Of a stretch of 64,000 nt of DNA, positions 38,522 through 50,923 are shown one piece after another (the stretch's first letter is position 1; every line of letters begins with the position of its first letter). The DNA is from Amoebidium appalachense (Eukaryota; Protista; Ichthyosporea). Where the stretch lies: contig CAVNZM010000011.1 of assembly GCA_963693365.1 (NCBI GenBank), forward strand, positions 8,235,937 through 8,299,936, written 5' to 3'. Below the pieces are notes generated by a model. The model did not search any database. It was not told the DNA's origin and worked only from the letters and a program-made list of their open reading frames with translations. A program made the translations under genes and the position numbers.

Positions 38522-40204
38522 CTGCCGGGATCTCCCCAAGGGTACACCACCCTTGCTAACCACCCCTTCCCCCGAGGCTCAGACCCGGAGGCCCGCCCGC
38601 TGCCCCAGCACCACATTGACACCTCCCGCCTCCGGGAACTGCTGGCCTCCTACCCGGACCAACCATTCGCCGCACAACTCCTCCACGATGTCGAATTCGG
38701 CGTCGACATCGGCTATCGCGGCCCCTCCACCTCTCGGGTGGGCCCCAACCTACCCACCACCCCGGAGGCAGCTGCCGCTATCACGGTGGATATTGCCAAA
38801 GAAGTCGCCCTCGGCCACCTGCGCGGCCCCCTCTCCCCGGCCCAATTCTTTGACGAATTTCCCGTCCACCGTTCCTCCCCCATCGGCGCCGTTACCAAGA
38901 AAGGGAACCCCCCCAAGTACCGTCGAATCCACCACCTCTCCTGGCCCCGGGGTAGCAGTGTCAATGACAGCATCACCTACCCCGACGAACTTCAGTACAT
39001 TCGCGCCCGGGATGTCACCCAACTCATTCTCGACGCAGGCCCCGGCTGCTACATGGCCGTGGCAGATGTGCAGGCTGCCTTCCGGCACATGCCCATCCGA
39101 CCGGAAGACCACCACTTAATGGCATTCAAATGGCAAGGGCATTTTTACGTTGAAACCAGACTGCCCTTCGGCCTGAAATCTAGCCCAGCCATCTGGGAAC
39201 GGATCGCGGCCACCCTACAGTGGCTGGCACACCAGCACGGTATTACCCTCATCCGCCACTACGTAGACGACTGGATTATAGTCGCCCCCACACAACAGCA
39301 GTGCCAACGTCACCTATCCACCTTCCTGCAACTCTGCCGAGAGCTGCACATTGCCATCTCCGAAGACAAGATGCAGGGCCCGGCTACCCGTGTCGTCTTC
39401 ATCGGTATCGAATTCGACTCCATCGCCATGGAGGCACGAATCCCGGCTTCCAAGCTCTCGGACCTACTCGACCTCACTTCCCACCCAAAGCCCACCATCA
39501 CCATTCGGGACCTCCAGTCCCTCCTCGGCAAACTCACCTGGTGTGCCCAGCTGGTTCCCCCCGGGAGGGCCTTCTCCCAGCGCCTATGGGCCCTTCTCCG
39601 GACCCACCCACACCTTGCCGGCCACCACCACATACGACTGACTGCTGCCGCCCGGGCCGACATAGCCGAATGGCACCAGTTCCTCACATCATGGAATGGG
39701 GTGCACCTCATCACACCCCCCACATACACCACCCTGGCCACTGATGCTGCCGGATCGGTGGGTCTAGGTGGCCACTGGCTCGACCAATGGTTCTTCATGC
39801 CCTGGTCCCCCTCCACCCAAGCCCTCTATGCTCATGAGGGTAAACTCGGTTCTTCCGTCATCGAACTCCTGGCCATCGCAGCCGCCGTGGCCCTCTGGGC
39901 CCCCTCCTGGTCCACCCACCATGTCCGTATTTTATGCGACAACACGGGTGCTGTGGCTGACCTGCACTCCCGGTCTTCCCCCCACCCCGTGATGGCCAAA
40001 CTTATTCGGTTCATCACCCGCATGGAAATGCAATACCAATTTACGTTACAGGCATCCTACCTACCAGGACCCCTCAACCATCTGGCCGATGCCATTTCTC
40101 GTAACCAACTTCCCCGGGCCCGACGACTCCGACCTTCCCTGCAACCGGAGCCCTGCCCCTTCCCCTCCTGGGTCCACGAGTTCCTATCCCTTCCCTTGGG
40201 CTAA
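38369..40204 (+). CDS. Ngaro RT-RNase H, copy 2 (open frame, no ATG near its start)
   Basis: 611-codon ORF with YVDD and RNase H D-E-D-D motifs. Confidence 0.9.
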
Positions 40205-41291
40205 CCCCCCCCCCCCCCCCCCCCCCCCAGATCTCCCGTTCCGGAGCAACACTGGCAGATTGGCCCCCCACTTTGCTCCGGCCGAGCTGCTTCGAGCCAC
40301 CACTACCCTGCAGGAATGCCAGGCCCTGAGTCTCAACCTCGACTCTCGGGCCTTTTACTCCCGGGTGCAAAAAGTGTTCATCGATTTCTGTGTGGCATCT
40401 CGGCTGCAATCCTCCTCCGGGTCCTCCCTCCCGGCCTCCCCACACACCGTGCAACTTTTTCTCGCCTGGTGTGCCCAACGAGGGGTACAGGCCTCTTCCT
40501 TAACCGGCTACAATTCGGCCATCACCAGGCTCCACCTCGACATGGGCCTCCCTGCTCCCTACCCCCACGACAAGTCTCTGGCCTGGTTCCTACGGGGGGT
40601 AGGCCGATGGCAGCTTTCTCACAACATCCGACCCCGCTCATCCACCAGGGAACCCCTCCTCCCCTCCCACCTCCGCCTACTCCATGGCCAGTGCCCCACC
40701 AAGGCCTCCTCGGCCAATCTCCGGCTATGGACGGCCCTCATCGTCGGTTTCTGTGGTCTCCTCCGTTCAGGGGAATTTACCTCCAAGACCCTGACTTCTT
40801 TCGACCCGTCCCGTCACGTTAAACGGAAGGACGTGACCTTCAGCTACACCCCCACCGGTACTTTGTCCCATGCCACCCTCCACCTGCCAACCTCTAAGAC
40901 GGATGTACAGGCCCGAGGTGTCAACGTCACCCTAGCTGCCCTGCCCCTCACCCACTTCTCCCCAGCCCATCTCCTCCGGCAGTTCCTGGATACAACGTCC
41001 GGTCAACCCGACGACCCCCTCTTCAGTCTCGGTGGCATCCCCTACACCAAGAGTGCTTTCTCTGCCGATTTCCGTGCCCTCCTCTCCCGGGCAGGCCTCT
41101 CACCCTCCCGGTTTGCCGGACACAGCCTCCGCATCGGGGGGGCCACAGCACTGGCTGAGGCCGGGGTCGACGACTCCCGGATCAAACAACTCGGCCGGTG
41201 GTCCTCCGACTGCTTCCTGATCTATACCCGACTTCGTCCGGCCTCCATTGCTGCCACCACCACACGTGTATTCGCCTCTATTCTTAAGTGA
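40089..41291 (+). CDS. Ngaro tyrosine recombinase, copy 2 (400 aa, overlaps the RH end)
   Basis: Complete R-K-HxxR-W-Y catalytic set: RSGE, SKTD, HSLR, GRW, LIY. Confidence 0.92.
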   Translation: MPFLVTNFPGPDDSDLPCNRSPAPSPPGSTSSYPFPWANPPPPPPPPDLPFRSNTGRLAPHFAPAELLRATTTLQECQALSLNLDSRAFYSRVQKVFIDFCVASRLQSSSGSSLPASPHTVQLFLAWCAQRGVQASSLTGYNSAITRLHLDMGLPAPYPHDKSLAWFLRGVGRWQLSHNIRPRSSTREPLLPSHLRLLHGQCPTKASSANLRLWTALIVGFCGLLRSGEFTSKTLTSFDPSRHVKRKDVTFSYTPTGTLSHATLHLPTSKTDVQARGVNVTLAALPLTHFSPAHLLRQFLDTTSGQPDDPLFSLGGIPYTKSAFSADFRALLSRAGLSPSRFAGHSLRIGGATALAEAGVDDSRIKQLGRWSSDCFLIYTRLRPASIAATTTRVFASILK

Positions 41292-41319
41292 AACCTTTGG
41301 AGCAAGCATACTGCTCTCG

Positions 41320-41978
41320 TGCCGTGGTTTACAACCATTGCAGGTTCACTTTCGTCCAAGGGGATGTCCCCCTAGAGGCAACACACGTCCCGAAGTAGTT
41401 TTTCATAGAGGTTTTATTTGTGGAAATTATTGACATAAATATTTTTCTGGGTAAACACGTAGGATGGGTGTTCGATACCAACATAACCATGTAGGCTTCA
41501 TTTCGTGTTTTAGCAGTTAGCGGTTGGCTGCCCGCACACGGGCACCTATTAGCCAGTCAAAACATCAGATACCACAGATCACTAGACCGAGTTATGATTG
41601 GCTCGGATCAGATTTCACATATCACTAGATCGATTTTTGATTGGCTCAGATCGGTAGGCTTAGGTATATAAGCACGACAGTTTTTAGCAGATCAGCAAGC
41701 TACAAACACATCTTCTGTGTTTAGCATCCACAGCCTTACAGCTATATATTCCTTTTCACCCACCCACCTACACCCACACACAACCCCCATTGATCCACAC
41801 ATACGTGCTGTTTTTTCACGGGGCGAAGACTTCCCCCGTTTTTTGGGCACATGGACCTCACGGATCAATAAATTGATGACTGGGGGCTTGCCGTGGTTTA
41901 CAACCATTGCAGGTTCACTTTCGTCCAAGGGGATGTCCCCCTAGAGGCAACACACGTCCCGAAGTAGTTTTTCATAGA
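41320..41978 (+). repeat. Ngaro 3' B-A-spacer-B terminus
   Basis: B 41320-41409, A 41410-41760, B 41889-41978. Confidence 0.9.
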
Positions 41979-43674
41979 CGAAACAGGGGCGAAGAAAAAC
42001 TTTATAAAGAGTGAGCAGATTAGCAGGATGGACATTAGAAATACTTGCGAAAATGCCTTGATAGATGCGTAAACGACCACGCGCACGGGAGAAACTCAAA
42101 GCATGCCTCTTTAATATGAAGCAATGATTAGCAAGAGCACTCACAGTAACTGTTAGGTTTGATACCACGCTCTCTCCCTCCACCCGGCAGCCCGCAAGTA
42201 CTTCCAGTGCCGAGTCTAGGGTCGCCTGTTCCAGTACTGCGTCCTCCCCTTCGGTTGGTCGCAGAGCCCCTGGTTCTTCACCCAGCTCATGCGTTGCTTC
42301 GGACGTACTCTGCGCTGGCTTGGGGTGCGGGCGTATATTTATTTGGACGATTTCTTGATTGTCGATCGACCCCCCCGGATCTATGGGGTTCGGGATCTAG
42401 TGACCCAGCTGTTGACGGGCCACCGTTAGTAAAACACGACCAATAATAATAAAGAGAGGGCAATCGGAGTGTCACGACACATTGAAAGATTTTAAACAAC
42501 AACTGATCTTTTATTGTGCTCTCGGTTCTTTTTGTACTTGCAACTTATCATCTTATCTCAACTAAAGGGGGAGAACCAATCGGTTCTATCAGATGATAGA
42601 AAAACACATTCCAACAGGCATACACATTCCAACTTCCGAACTAACTAAAGCTTAGAAACTCTCACTTAAATAAATTAAGTAATTATACATCTAGTCACTA
42701 TTAATACACATATATATTTATACTCGTCTCTATAAAGAAACTCATTTAAATACATATATTTCCTAATAGCCGACACTCTCAAAGTGAAGACACATTACGA
42801 TAAACCGAATTCCATATATATATCTATTGTGTCCAATCATAACAAGTATATTAATAGACAGGAATGCACAACACGATCTATAGATGTACTCCGAGTCGCT
42901 CGCGACTGTTGGCGAGTCATCTTATTGTGAACTAAAACTAAACCTCTTTGAAATAAAACAAAGACAACGAACACTGCAAACCCCTGTATTAGAAAATCGT
43001 GCCCTACAAAGCACGACTGTGATCACGACTACATGGGTATAAAGTCGTGCCGGCCGATCAACGATGTCGTTCTGACTCTTTTCTCTACGGGATGGTGCGC
43101 GCGCGCGCCGCCGGATTCCGGGAATGCATTCTTGGCCGTGACTCATCATCACGGCGCACAGGAATGCACTCCTCGATCGAACGTGCGCACACACACGCGC
43201 ACGCGACCACAGACTCTGCACCGATCAAAACAGGCACCGACCTTACCCGTCGCCCAACGCCCCCCGACTCTGCACCGACAAAAATAGGCATCGACCTTCC
43301 CTGTCCCCCCCCCCCCCCCCCCCCCCACCCCTACCCCCACACGTGCACGTGCACCAGGATCCTAGTACAGGCCTCCAAACCGTTTATCGTGACGACAGTA
43401 TTTATTCAGTTCGACGCAGCTCATGCGTGCCAGTTTTCACGTAGCCCAGGCACCACAAGATTCTTAGAGGAGCATAAACATCTAAATGTTAACGTTACAA
43501 CCAAGTACTATGATATAGCATCTAAATGTTACAACGATGAACTATGAGATGGAGAATACTAATATGTTAACACAGCAGAAAATGATAATATGTTACCACC
43601 CTGAGTCTTGCACGAGACTGGCAACACAGCTTAATGTATACACGTTCATAAACAGCTATCGCTAACACAATATT

Positions 43675-44295
43675 CTATGTACTTGCACGGGAACAACACA
43701 GTTTGAGCTTATCAGCTATCAATGACCCAAAGCGTCGCGAGGACGTTGACGCTAAAGCGACCTTGACTGTACTTGAACGTGCACTTGCATACGGGTTGCC
43801 CCCTGCAGGAACCTCACGGCGCTGCATGTTGCCAAGGGGAGTCTCAGAGCCAAAGCCCCTGCCATCGTCCTCGTCATCCTTGTCGTGAAAGCCACCACGT
43901 ATGCGCTCATTCTCACGAATCTCCTCATCTGCAAACGTGACAGCTGTTACAACGATACTTTCAACGGTCATTGTGCATGGCCATGAACAGATGCCATATA
44001 CCAAAGAAACTCCGGTAGGACAAGGAATTCGAAAAAGGGGCAGGAGGGGGGGGGGGGGGAGGGGGGGGGGGCTAAGGGTATAGTTCGTAGGGAGGCCAGA
44101 AACAAACTGCTTTCAGGGAACAGCCACCATAGAACATGTAGGAGGTCGGAGCCTGAGGAGGAGCAGAATTTACTACACAAGAAAGTAAATAGGAAATTGA
44201 ACTGAAGGAGGATTCCCAAAAGCAAAATAAACAGAACACAAAAAGGACGTTTGTTACCTGCTGATGGAGAGCTGTTCGAGCCTTGGGAGCCGGAG
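43675..44295 (-). pseudogene. Exons of an unidentified spliced gene
   Basis: Candidate exons 44295-44258 (CTAAC branch, TTGCATAG acceptor, GTAACA donor), 44172-44108 and ~43928-43675. Reading frame not resolved. Confidence 0.35.
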
Positions 44296-44500
44296 CTATG
44301 CAAAAAGTTAGATAGTTAGCCAAGCCGTGTATACAATCCCATCAGGACCTCGTGCAATTTCTGCTGAAAAAAGCACAAAAAGCCGTGTAATGAGCACACA
44401 AAAGAGAAACTGCAATGGTTAAGGGGAAGTTTTTCTTTTTCGTTCCTTAAGTTGTTTCAGGTCCACAGGTCGTTTGTGAGGGGTTGCAGGGAGGATAGGG

Positions 44501-44535
<35 letters not shown>

Positions 44536-45776
44536 TCAAATCTGTGCTCATTTGTTAACGATAAAACCAAAGCACAAGCTATCAAACGGAGACATCGGCA
44601 CCTGACATAGCAGGCATGCTTGAAGCAAGCAAGAAGGCAAAGTGGTTTGTGCAATAGAAGTCGGTTACTAAATTCCCTCACGCGCCGTTCCTGGAGTAGA
44701 CATCGCGCCTGTTACCAAAAACAGACAGCAGGGCTGAAGTGGCAAACTCGACAAGCACACTCTCTGCCAGGCCAGGGAAGGCTGCGCGCAGGTCCTGCAG
44801 GACACGAGCCCGAGCCTCAGCCTGCAACTAGATTGGCCGTAGAGATGTGGAGGGAGCTCCAAAACTTTGAACATCAGACGAAAGTAGAGCATTTTTTTTT
44901 ATTTTTTATTTTGGTGTGTGTGTGTGTGTGTGTGTAGTGTACGTGTGAGTGATAGTGTGAGTAGTAAAGTAAGAAAAAATTAGCATGTATTTTTATGGAT
45001 AACGTATGGTATTAAGACGTGCATGAATGTTTAGGCAAGGCTTGGGTACACATTATTATCGTTTCATTATAAAGTGATGAATGAATGCAAAGGCGGAGGC
45101 ATGACATTCCAAAGTGCAAAAATCACTGGCCTGAAAATACCTGTATGGGCTCGAATACATGCATACACATTGACACAAACGCCATAAAAAGACTTCTTCC
45201 CGATGCAAGAATGAAAGCCATGTGTGTTGAAAAAAAAACAGGAAAGGAGTCAATGAAGAGAAAAGATGAACAGCAGTCCTAAACGAAGATCAAACACTGG
45301 CCTTGCAGGCGTGCCAGTACAGCGCGAGTGCTCTAAGTTACAGCGAGTGCAGGAAGAGGGTGGAGAGGCGAAGAGGGAGGGAAGGAGGCTGCGGACTTCA
45401 GAGTAGGGGCGGGAGGGGGCCGGGGGGGGGGGGGGGGGGGCCCGGGGTGTTGCAGGCCAAAGTGTCGTCCAGGCCAAAGTGTCGTCATCTCTAATTAAAA
45501 TCCAGGTCGTCAAATTTGACTGGTCTAGGGGGAATATCGGGCAGGCCAAAATGCACCCCCCCCCCCCCCCCCTACTACCCTGGGTGACAAGGGGGTCAGA
45601 GGGTTTGTATGACGTGGTGGGAGAAACACAGTGTGTGCGCGGGGGGGGGGGGGGGGGGGGGGGTATAAACAATCATTGTCGTGACCTTAGTTTATGACAT
45701 GTTTTGGCCGGAAAAAGATCATGTCTACTGTTACCAGTTTTTTATCATCTTGGTGCAAATGATGTATTCGGAGGGG

Positions 45777-45808
<32 letters not shown>

Positions 45809-46439
45809 AGGGGGGGGGGTTTGTGGTATAATCATTTTGGTGTCCTGAGCTTGTTGCCTTGTCTGTTGGTCAAAAAAAAATCATGGCCACTGATAGCAGG
45901 ATTTTACCAACTCGTTGCAAATGAGTGGTTTGTATGTATTTATCATGCCATTGCATTTACCTTACAGAAGCCATAATACACCATTATGATTTAGTCGTAA
46001 TCATCTTGTATTCTTAATCATTCTTACATCACAATGTTAAAGTGGGTTTACATAGACTAAGTACCGCTCACATGGAATAAAACCCCGGGCCCCCCGCCGG
46101 CGGACAGCATATATATTTTGTATGTTTTAGTTGTCACTACGTTAAAGAACCATACACAGCAGCCAATTCATGTTATATTCGTAAATATCTTCCATGCACA
46201 ATTTTCAATCTTGATCTTATACTTATACACTCTACATGAAATAAACCCAGACAGCATGCAACCAGCACATTTATGGTGTATTTAAATACAAGCAGGCATT
46301 AAGTCCTTCATTCCAGTTCAAACGATAATGGCATGTTGGCAGCAAAAAAAAACAAAAAAGCCCCCCAAAAAACAAAAAAAACACCGATATCCACAAGGTC
46401 GTCTACACTACATCCACAGTTGACTTTGCATACGTCAGT

Positions 46440-47902
46440 TTGCGGGAGCCCACGCCTACCAGTGGTTCCTGGGCGGGCACATACACCATGAAGTTGAGAT
46501 GCACATCCTTAATGCGTGCTTAATTCAACTTTAACATATAATGGGCACCAGCCTTCGCATTCGCCACCTTCCCGAGACATTTGGACAGAGACATTGGTAG
46601 GTCCCGTGTTGCTCTCCCATAGCTCAGTGTCTGGTTTAATCAGTGGTCATTCCGAAACCGTCGCAGTGGAGATGATATGGCCTCCCATTTTTCCACGTGA
46701 ATGCGGGTGCCACACCGAAAAAGTGACCTGGTTTGTGAAGACCAATGTAGGCAAGATGGTATTGGCGCCCCATAAAGTTCACGCAATTCATGACATGAAC
46801 AGGTGGCAAGGATTGCACTGACATGTGGACGAAGAGAATTCTAGGAAGTATTAAAACGTTGCCCCGCACCGTACCCTTGGAATTGCACGTTGTGCAAACC
46901 GAGGTTGGGCTTTGAAATTCCCTGCCATATTCAGTGCAGTCGCCATCGAAGAAATGGGTACCCGCTATGTTTTCTATGGAATTGACAATGTAAATCTCCT
47001 TGTGGTCCATCCTTTCACGGCGACGTCGGGTGCGAAGCTCGGCATCGATGGAACACAACACACGTGTAGACACGCCAGTGCATTTAACGCATGTAGCGGT
47101 TATGATTGTTACGTGAGGGGGTACCACGTTGTCTCGGAATAGCGGACGACTAGACCCATCCAGCGGGACACCCGTGAGGTAATCCGAACCGCTATTGTCA
47201 CATTGAAGCGCGTCAAACAACTTGTCCGTTGAATTTATGTCCCCAATCCTGAATCGTGTTACCTTCCACACCCGTGCCAGACGATGAGCAATGGCCCGGA
47301 TATTTGCTGTATGCTTCTCGCGGTGCTTTAATTAAGGCAGCAATCATCCGGTCCCAAACGTCCAGTCCGGTTGGCTTAAGATGTACGGGTGGCACGTTGG
47401 ATTTTATCAGCCCACAGTTTAATCCGTCCAATGCGGTGATGATGAAACAGAAATTCATTTCCCATGAAAATCTTGGACGGAAACCAAAGGTGTCGTTGCG
47501 GTTGAATGAGAAAGCATCCATCGGCACGGGGGTGACGTCATAAACTGGGTCTGCGCTGTTGCAGTACATAGTGTGTAAACACAGACTCACTGACATTCCC
47601 GGGCCATTTTGACTGGAGAGAGACGGGGATTGTGGGCACAGTGGGGCAAGGGTTGCAATCATTCAAGTTGGTTGATGGGACCGGCGACACTGGTGGGTCC
47701 ACTTCGGGTGTATACGACGTTGAGTCAGTTACCTCGGGCTCCAGTGTCACCTTGGCACGCTTACGGGGCGGTTGTGCCATTGGCGAAGGTGGTACTTGTG
47801 ACTGGGCGCCGTCACCTGCACTAGTAAAAGCCGACGACGAAATTGGCGAAGCAGGATCCGACGACCCTGTGTTGTGTTCTGGCTCAGAGCGCACTGGTGT
47901 AC
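46440..47902 (-). pseudogene. USP-like (peptidase C19) cysteine protease, spliced, 1-2 frameshifts
   Basis: Acceptor at 47903; a 40-nt GTGAGT...CGCAG intron (47590-47551) restores frame. Cys box WEMNFCFIITAL, CVKC and CTTC zinc pairs, LPRILFVH, His box YHLAYIGLHKPGHFF, CDG and terminal LNFMVY occur in USP order. Frameshift near 47330. Confidence 0.65.
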
Positions 47903-47935
47903 CTGCCAGATGCGACAGATAGGGTTTAGGGTTAG

Positions 47936-48234
47936 ATGGATAATCAGGATGCGAGCGAACATTATATTCGCCTGGGGGTTGGATACTCAGGTTCCGAGCA
48001 AATATATTATTCTCTTGGGGGTTGGATAATCAGGATCCGAGCAAATATTTTTTTTCTTTTCTTTTTATTATATATTCGCCTGGGGGGATGGATAATCAGG
48101 ATGCGAGCGAATATTATATTCGCCTGGGGGGATGGATAATCAGGATGCGAGCGAATGTTATATTCGCCTGGGGGTTGGATACTCAGGATCCGAGCGAATA
48201 TTATATTCGCTTGGGGGTTGGATAATCAGGATCC

Positions 48235-48272
<38 letters not shown>

Positions 48273-48553
48273 ATTCGCCTGGGGGGATGGATAATCAGGA
48301 TGCGAGCGATTATTATATTCGCTTGGTAGTTGGATACTCAGGATCCGAGCGAATATTATATTCACTTGGGGGTTGGATAATCAGGATCCGAGCAAATTTA
48401 TTTATTTATTTATTTTTTTATTTTTTATATACGCCTGGGGGGATGGATAATCAGGATGCGAGCGAATATTATATTCACTTGGGGGTTGGATACTCAGGAT
48501 CCCAGTGAATATTATATTCGCTTGGGGGTTGGATAATCAGGATCCGAGCAAAT

Positions 48554-48612
<59 letters not shown>

Positions 48613-49164
48613 TTATTATTATTATTATTTTTTTATATTCGCCTGGGGGGTTGGATACTCAGGATCCGAGCGAATATTATATTCGCTTGGGGGTTGGATA
48701 ATCAGGATCCGAGCATTTTTTTTTTTTTTTTTTTTTTTTATTATTATATTCGCCTGGGGGGATGGATAATCAGGATGCGAGCAAATGTTATATTCGCTTG
48801 GCGGTTGGATAATCAGGATCCGAGCATTTTTTTTTTATTTTTTTTTTTTTTATTATATTCGCCTGGGGGGATGGATAATCAGGATGCGAGCGAATGTTAT
48901 ATTCGCTTGGGGGTTGGATACTCAGGATCCGAGCGAATATTATATTCGCTTGGGGGTTGGAAAATCAGGATCCGAGCATTTTTTTTTTTTTTTTTTTTTT
49001 AAATTCACCTGGGCGGATGGATAATCAGGATGCGAGCGAATATTATATTCGCTTTGGGGTTGGATACTCAGGATGCGAGCGAATATTATATTCGCTTGGG
49101 GGTTGGATAATCAGGATCCGAGCGAATATTATATTCGCTTGGGGGTTGGATAATCAGGATCTGA

Positions 49165-49214
<50 letters not shown>

Positions 49215-49290
49215 GCCTGGGGGGATGGATAATCGGGATGCGAGCGAATGTTATATTCGCTTGGGGGTTGGATACTCAGGATCCGAGCAA

Positions 49291-49335
<45 letters not shown>

Positions 49336-49554
49336 GCCTGGGGGGATGGATAATCAGGATGCGAGCGAATATTATATTCGCCTGGGGGGATAGATAATCA
49401 GGATGCAAGCGATTTTTTTTTTTTTTTTTTTTTTTTTATTCGCCTGGGGGGATGGATAATCAGGATGCGAGCGAATGTTATATTCGCCTGGGGGTTGGAT
49501 ACTCAGGATCCGAGCGAATATTATATTCGCTTGGGGGTTGGATAATCAGGATCC

Positions 49555-49593
<39 letters not shown>

Positions 49594-49717
49594 ATTCGCC
49601 TGGGGGGATGGATAATCAGGATGCGAGCGATTATTATATTCGCTTGGTAGTTGGAAACTCAGGATCCGAGCGAATATTATACTCGCTTGGGGGTTGGATA
49701 ATCAGGATCCGAGCAAA

Positions 49718-49748
<31 letters not shown>

Positions 49749-49876
49749 TATATACGCCTGGGGGGATGGATAATCAGGATGCGAGCGAATATTATATTCA
49801 CTTGGGGGTTGGATACTCAGGATCCCAGCGAATATTATATTCGCTTGGGGGTTGGATAATCAGGATCCGAGCAAAT

Positions 49877-49907
<31 letters not shown>

Positions 49908-50691
49908 TTTTTTATTTTTTTATTTATTTATTTATTTATTTATTATTATTATTATTATTTTTTTTATATTCGCCTGGGGGGTAGGATACTCAGGATCCGA
50001 GCGAATATTATATTCGCTTGGGGGTTGGATAATCAGGATCCGAGCATTTTTTTTTTATTTTTATTATTATTATTATATTCGCCTGGGGGGATGGATAATC
50101 AGGATGCGAGCAAATGTTATATTCGCTTGGGGGTTGGATAATCAGGATTCGAGCATTTTTTTTTTTTTTTATTATTATTATTATATTCGCCTGGGGGGAT
50201 GGATAATCAGGATGCGAGCGAATGTTATATTCGCTTGGGGGTTGGATACTCAGGATCCGAGCGAATATTATATTCGCTTGGGGGTTGGATAATCAGGATC
50301 CGAGCATTTTTTTTTTTTTTTTGTTTTTTTTAATATTCACCTGGGCGGATGGATAATCAGGATGCGAGCGAATATTATATTCGCTTTGGGGTTGGATACT
50401 CAGGATGCGAGCGAATATTATATTCGCTTGGGGGTTGGATAATCAGGATCCGAGCGAATATTATATTCGCTTGGGGGTTGGATAATCAGGATCCGAGCAT
50501 TTTTTTTTTTTTTTTTTTTTTTAATTCACCTGGGCGGATGGATAATCAGGATGCGAGCGAATATTATATTCGCTTTGGGGTTGGATACTCAGGATGCGAG
50601 CGAATATTATATTCGCTTGGGGGTTGGATAATTAGGATCCGAGCGAATATTATATTCGCTTGGGGGTTGGATTTAGTAATCAGGATCTGAG

Positions 50692-50756
<65 letters not shown>

Positions 50757-50852
50757 TTATTCGCCTGGGGGGATGGATAATCAGGATGCGAGCGAATGTT
50801 ATATTCGCTTGGGGGTTGGATACTCAGGATCCGAGCAAATATATTACATATA

Positions 50853-50923
<71 letters not shown>

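Larger units (their letters stand above)
31646..41978 (+). mobile_element. Tandem dimer of an Ngaro tyrosine-recombinase retrotransposon (A-ORFs-B-A-ORFs-B-A-spacer-B)
   Basis: A repeats at 31646-31996, 36535-36874 and 41410-41760; 90-bp B repeats at 36445-36534, 41320-41409 and 41889-41978; gag, RT-RH and YR in each unit; no TSD. Confidence 0.93.

Noticed and set aside
42470-42910. AT-rich segment starting TGTCACGA, possible solo LTR
   Set aside because: No convincing CA end, TSD or second copy in the window.
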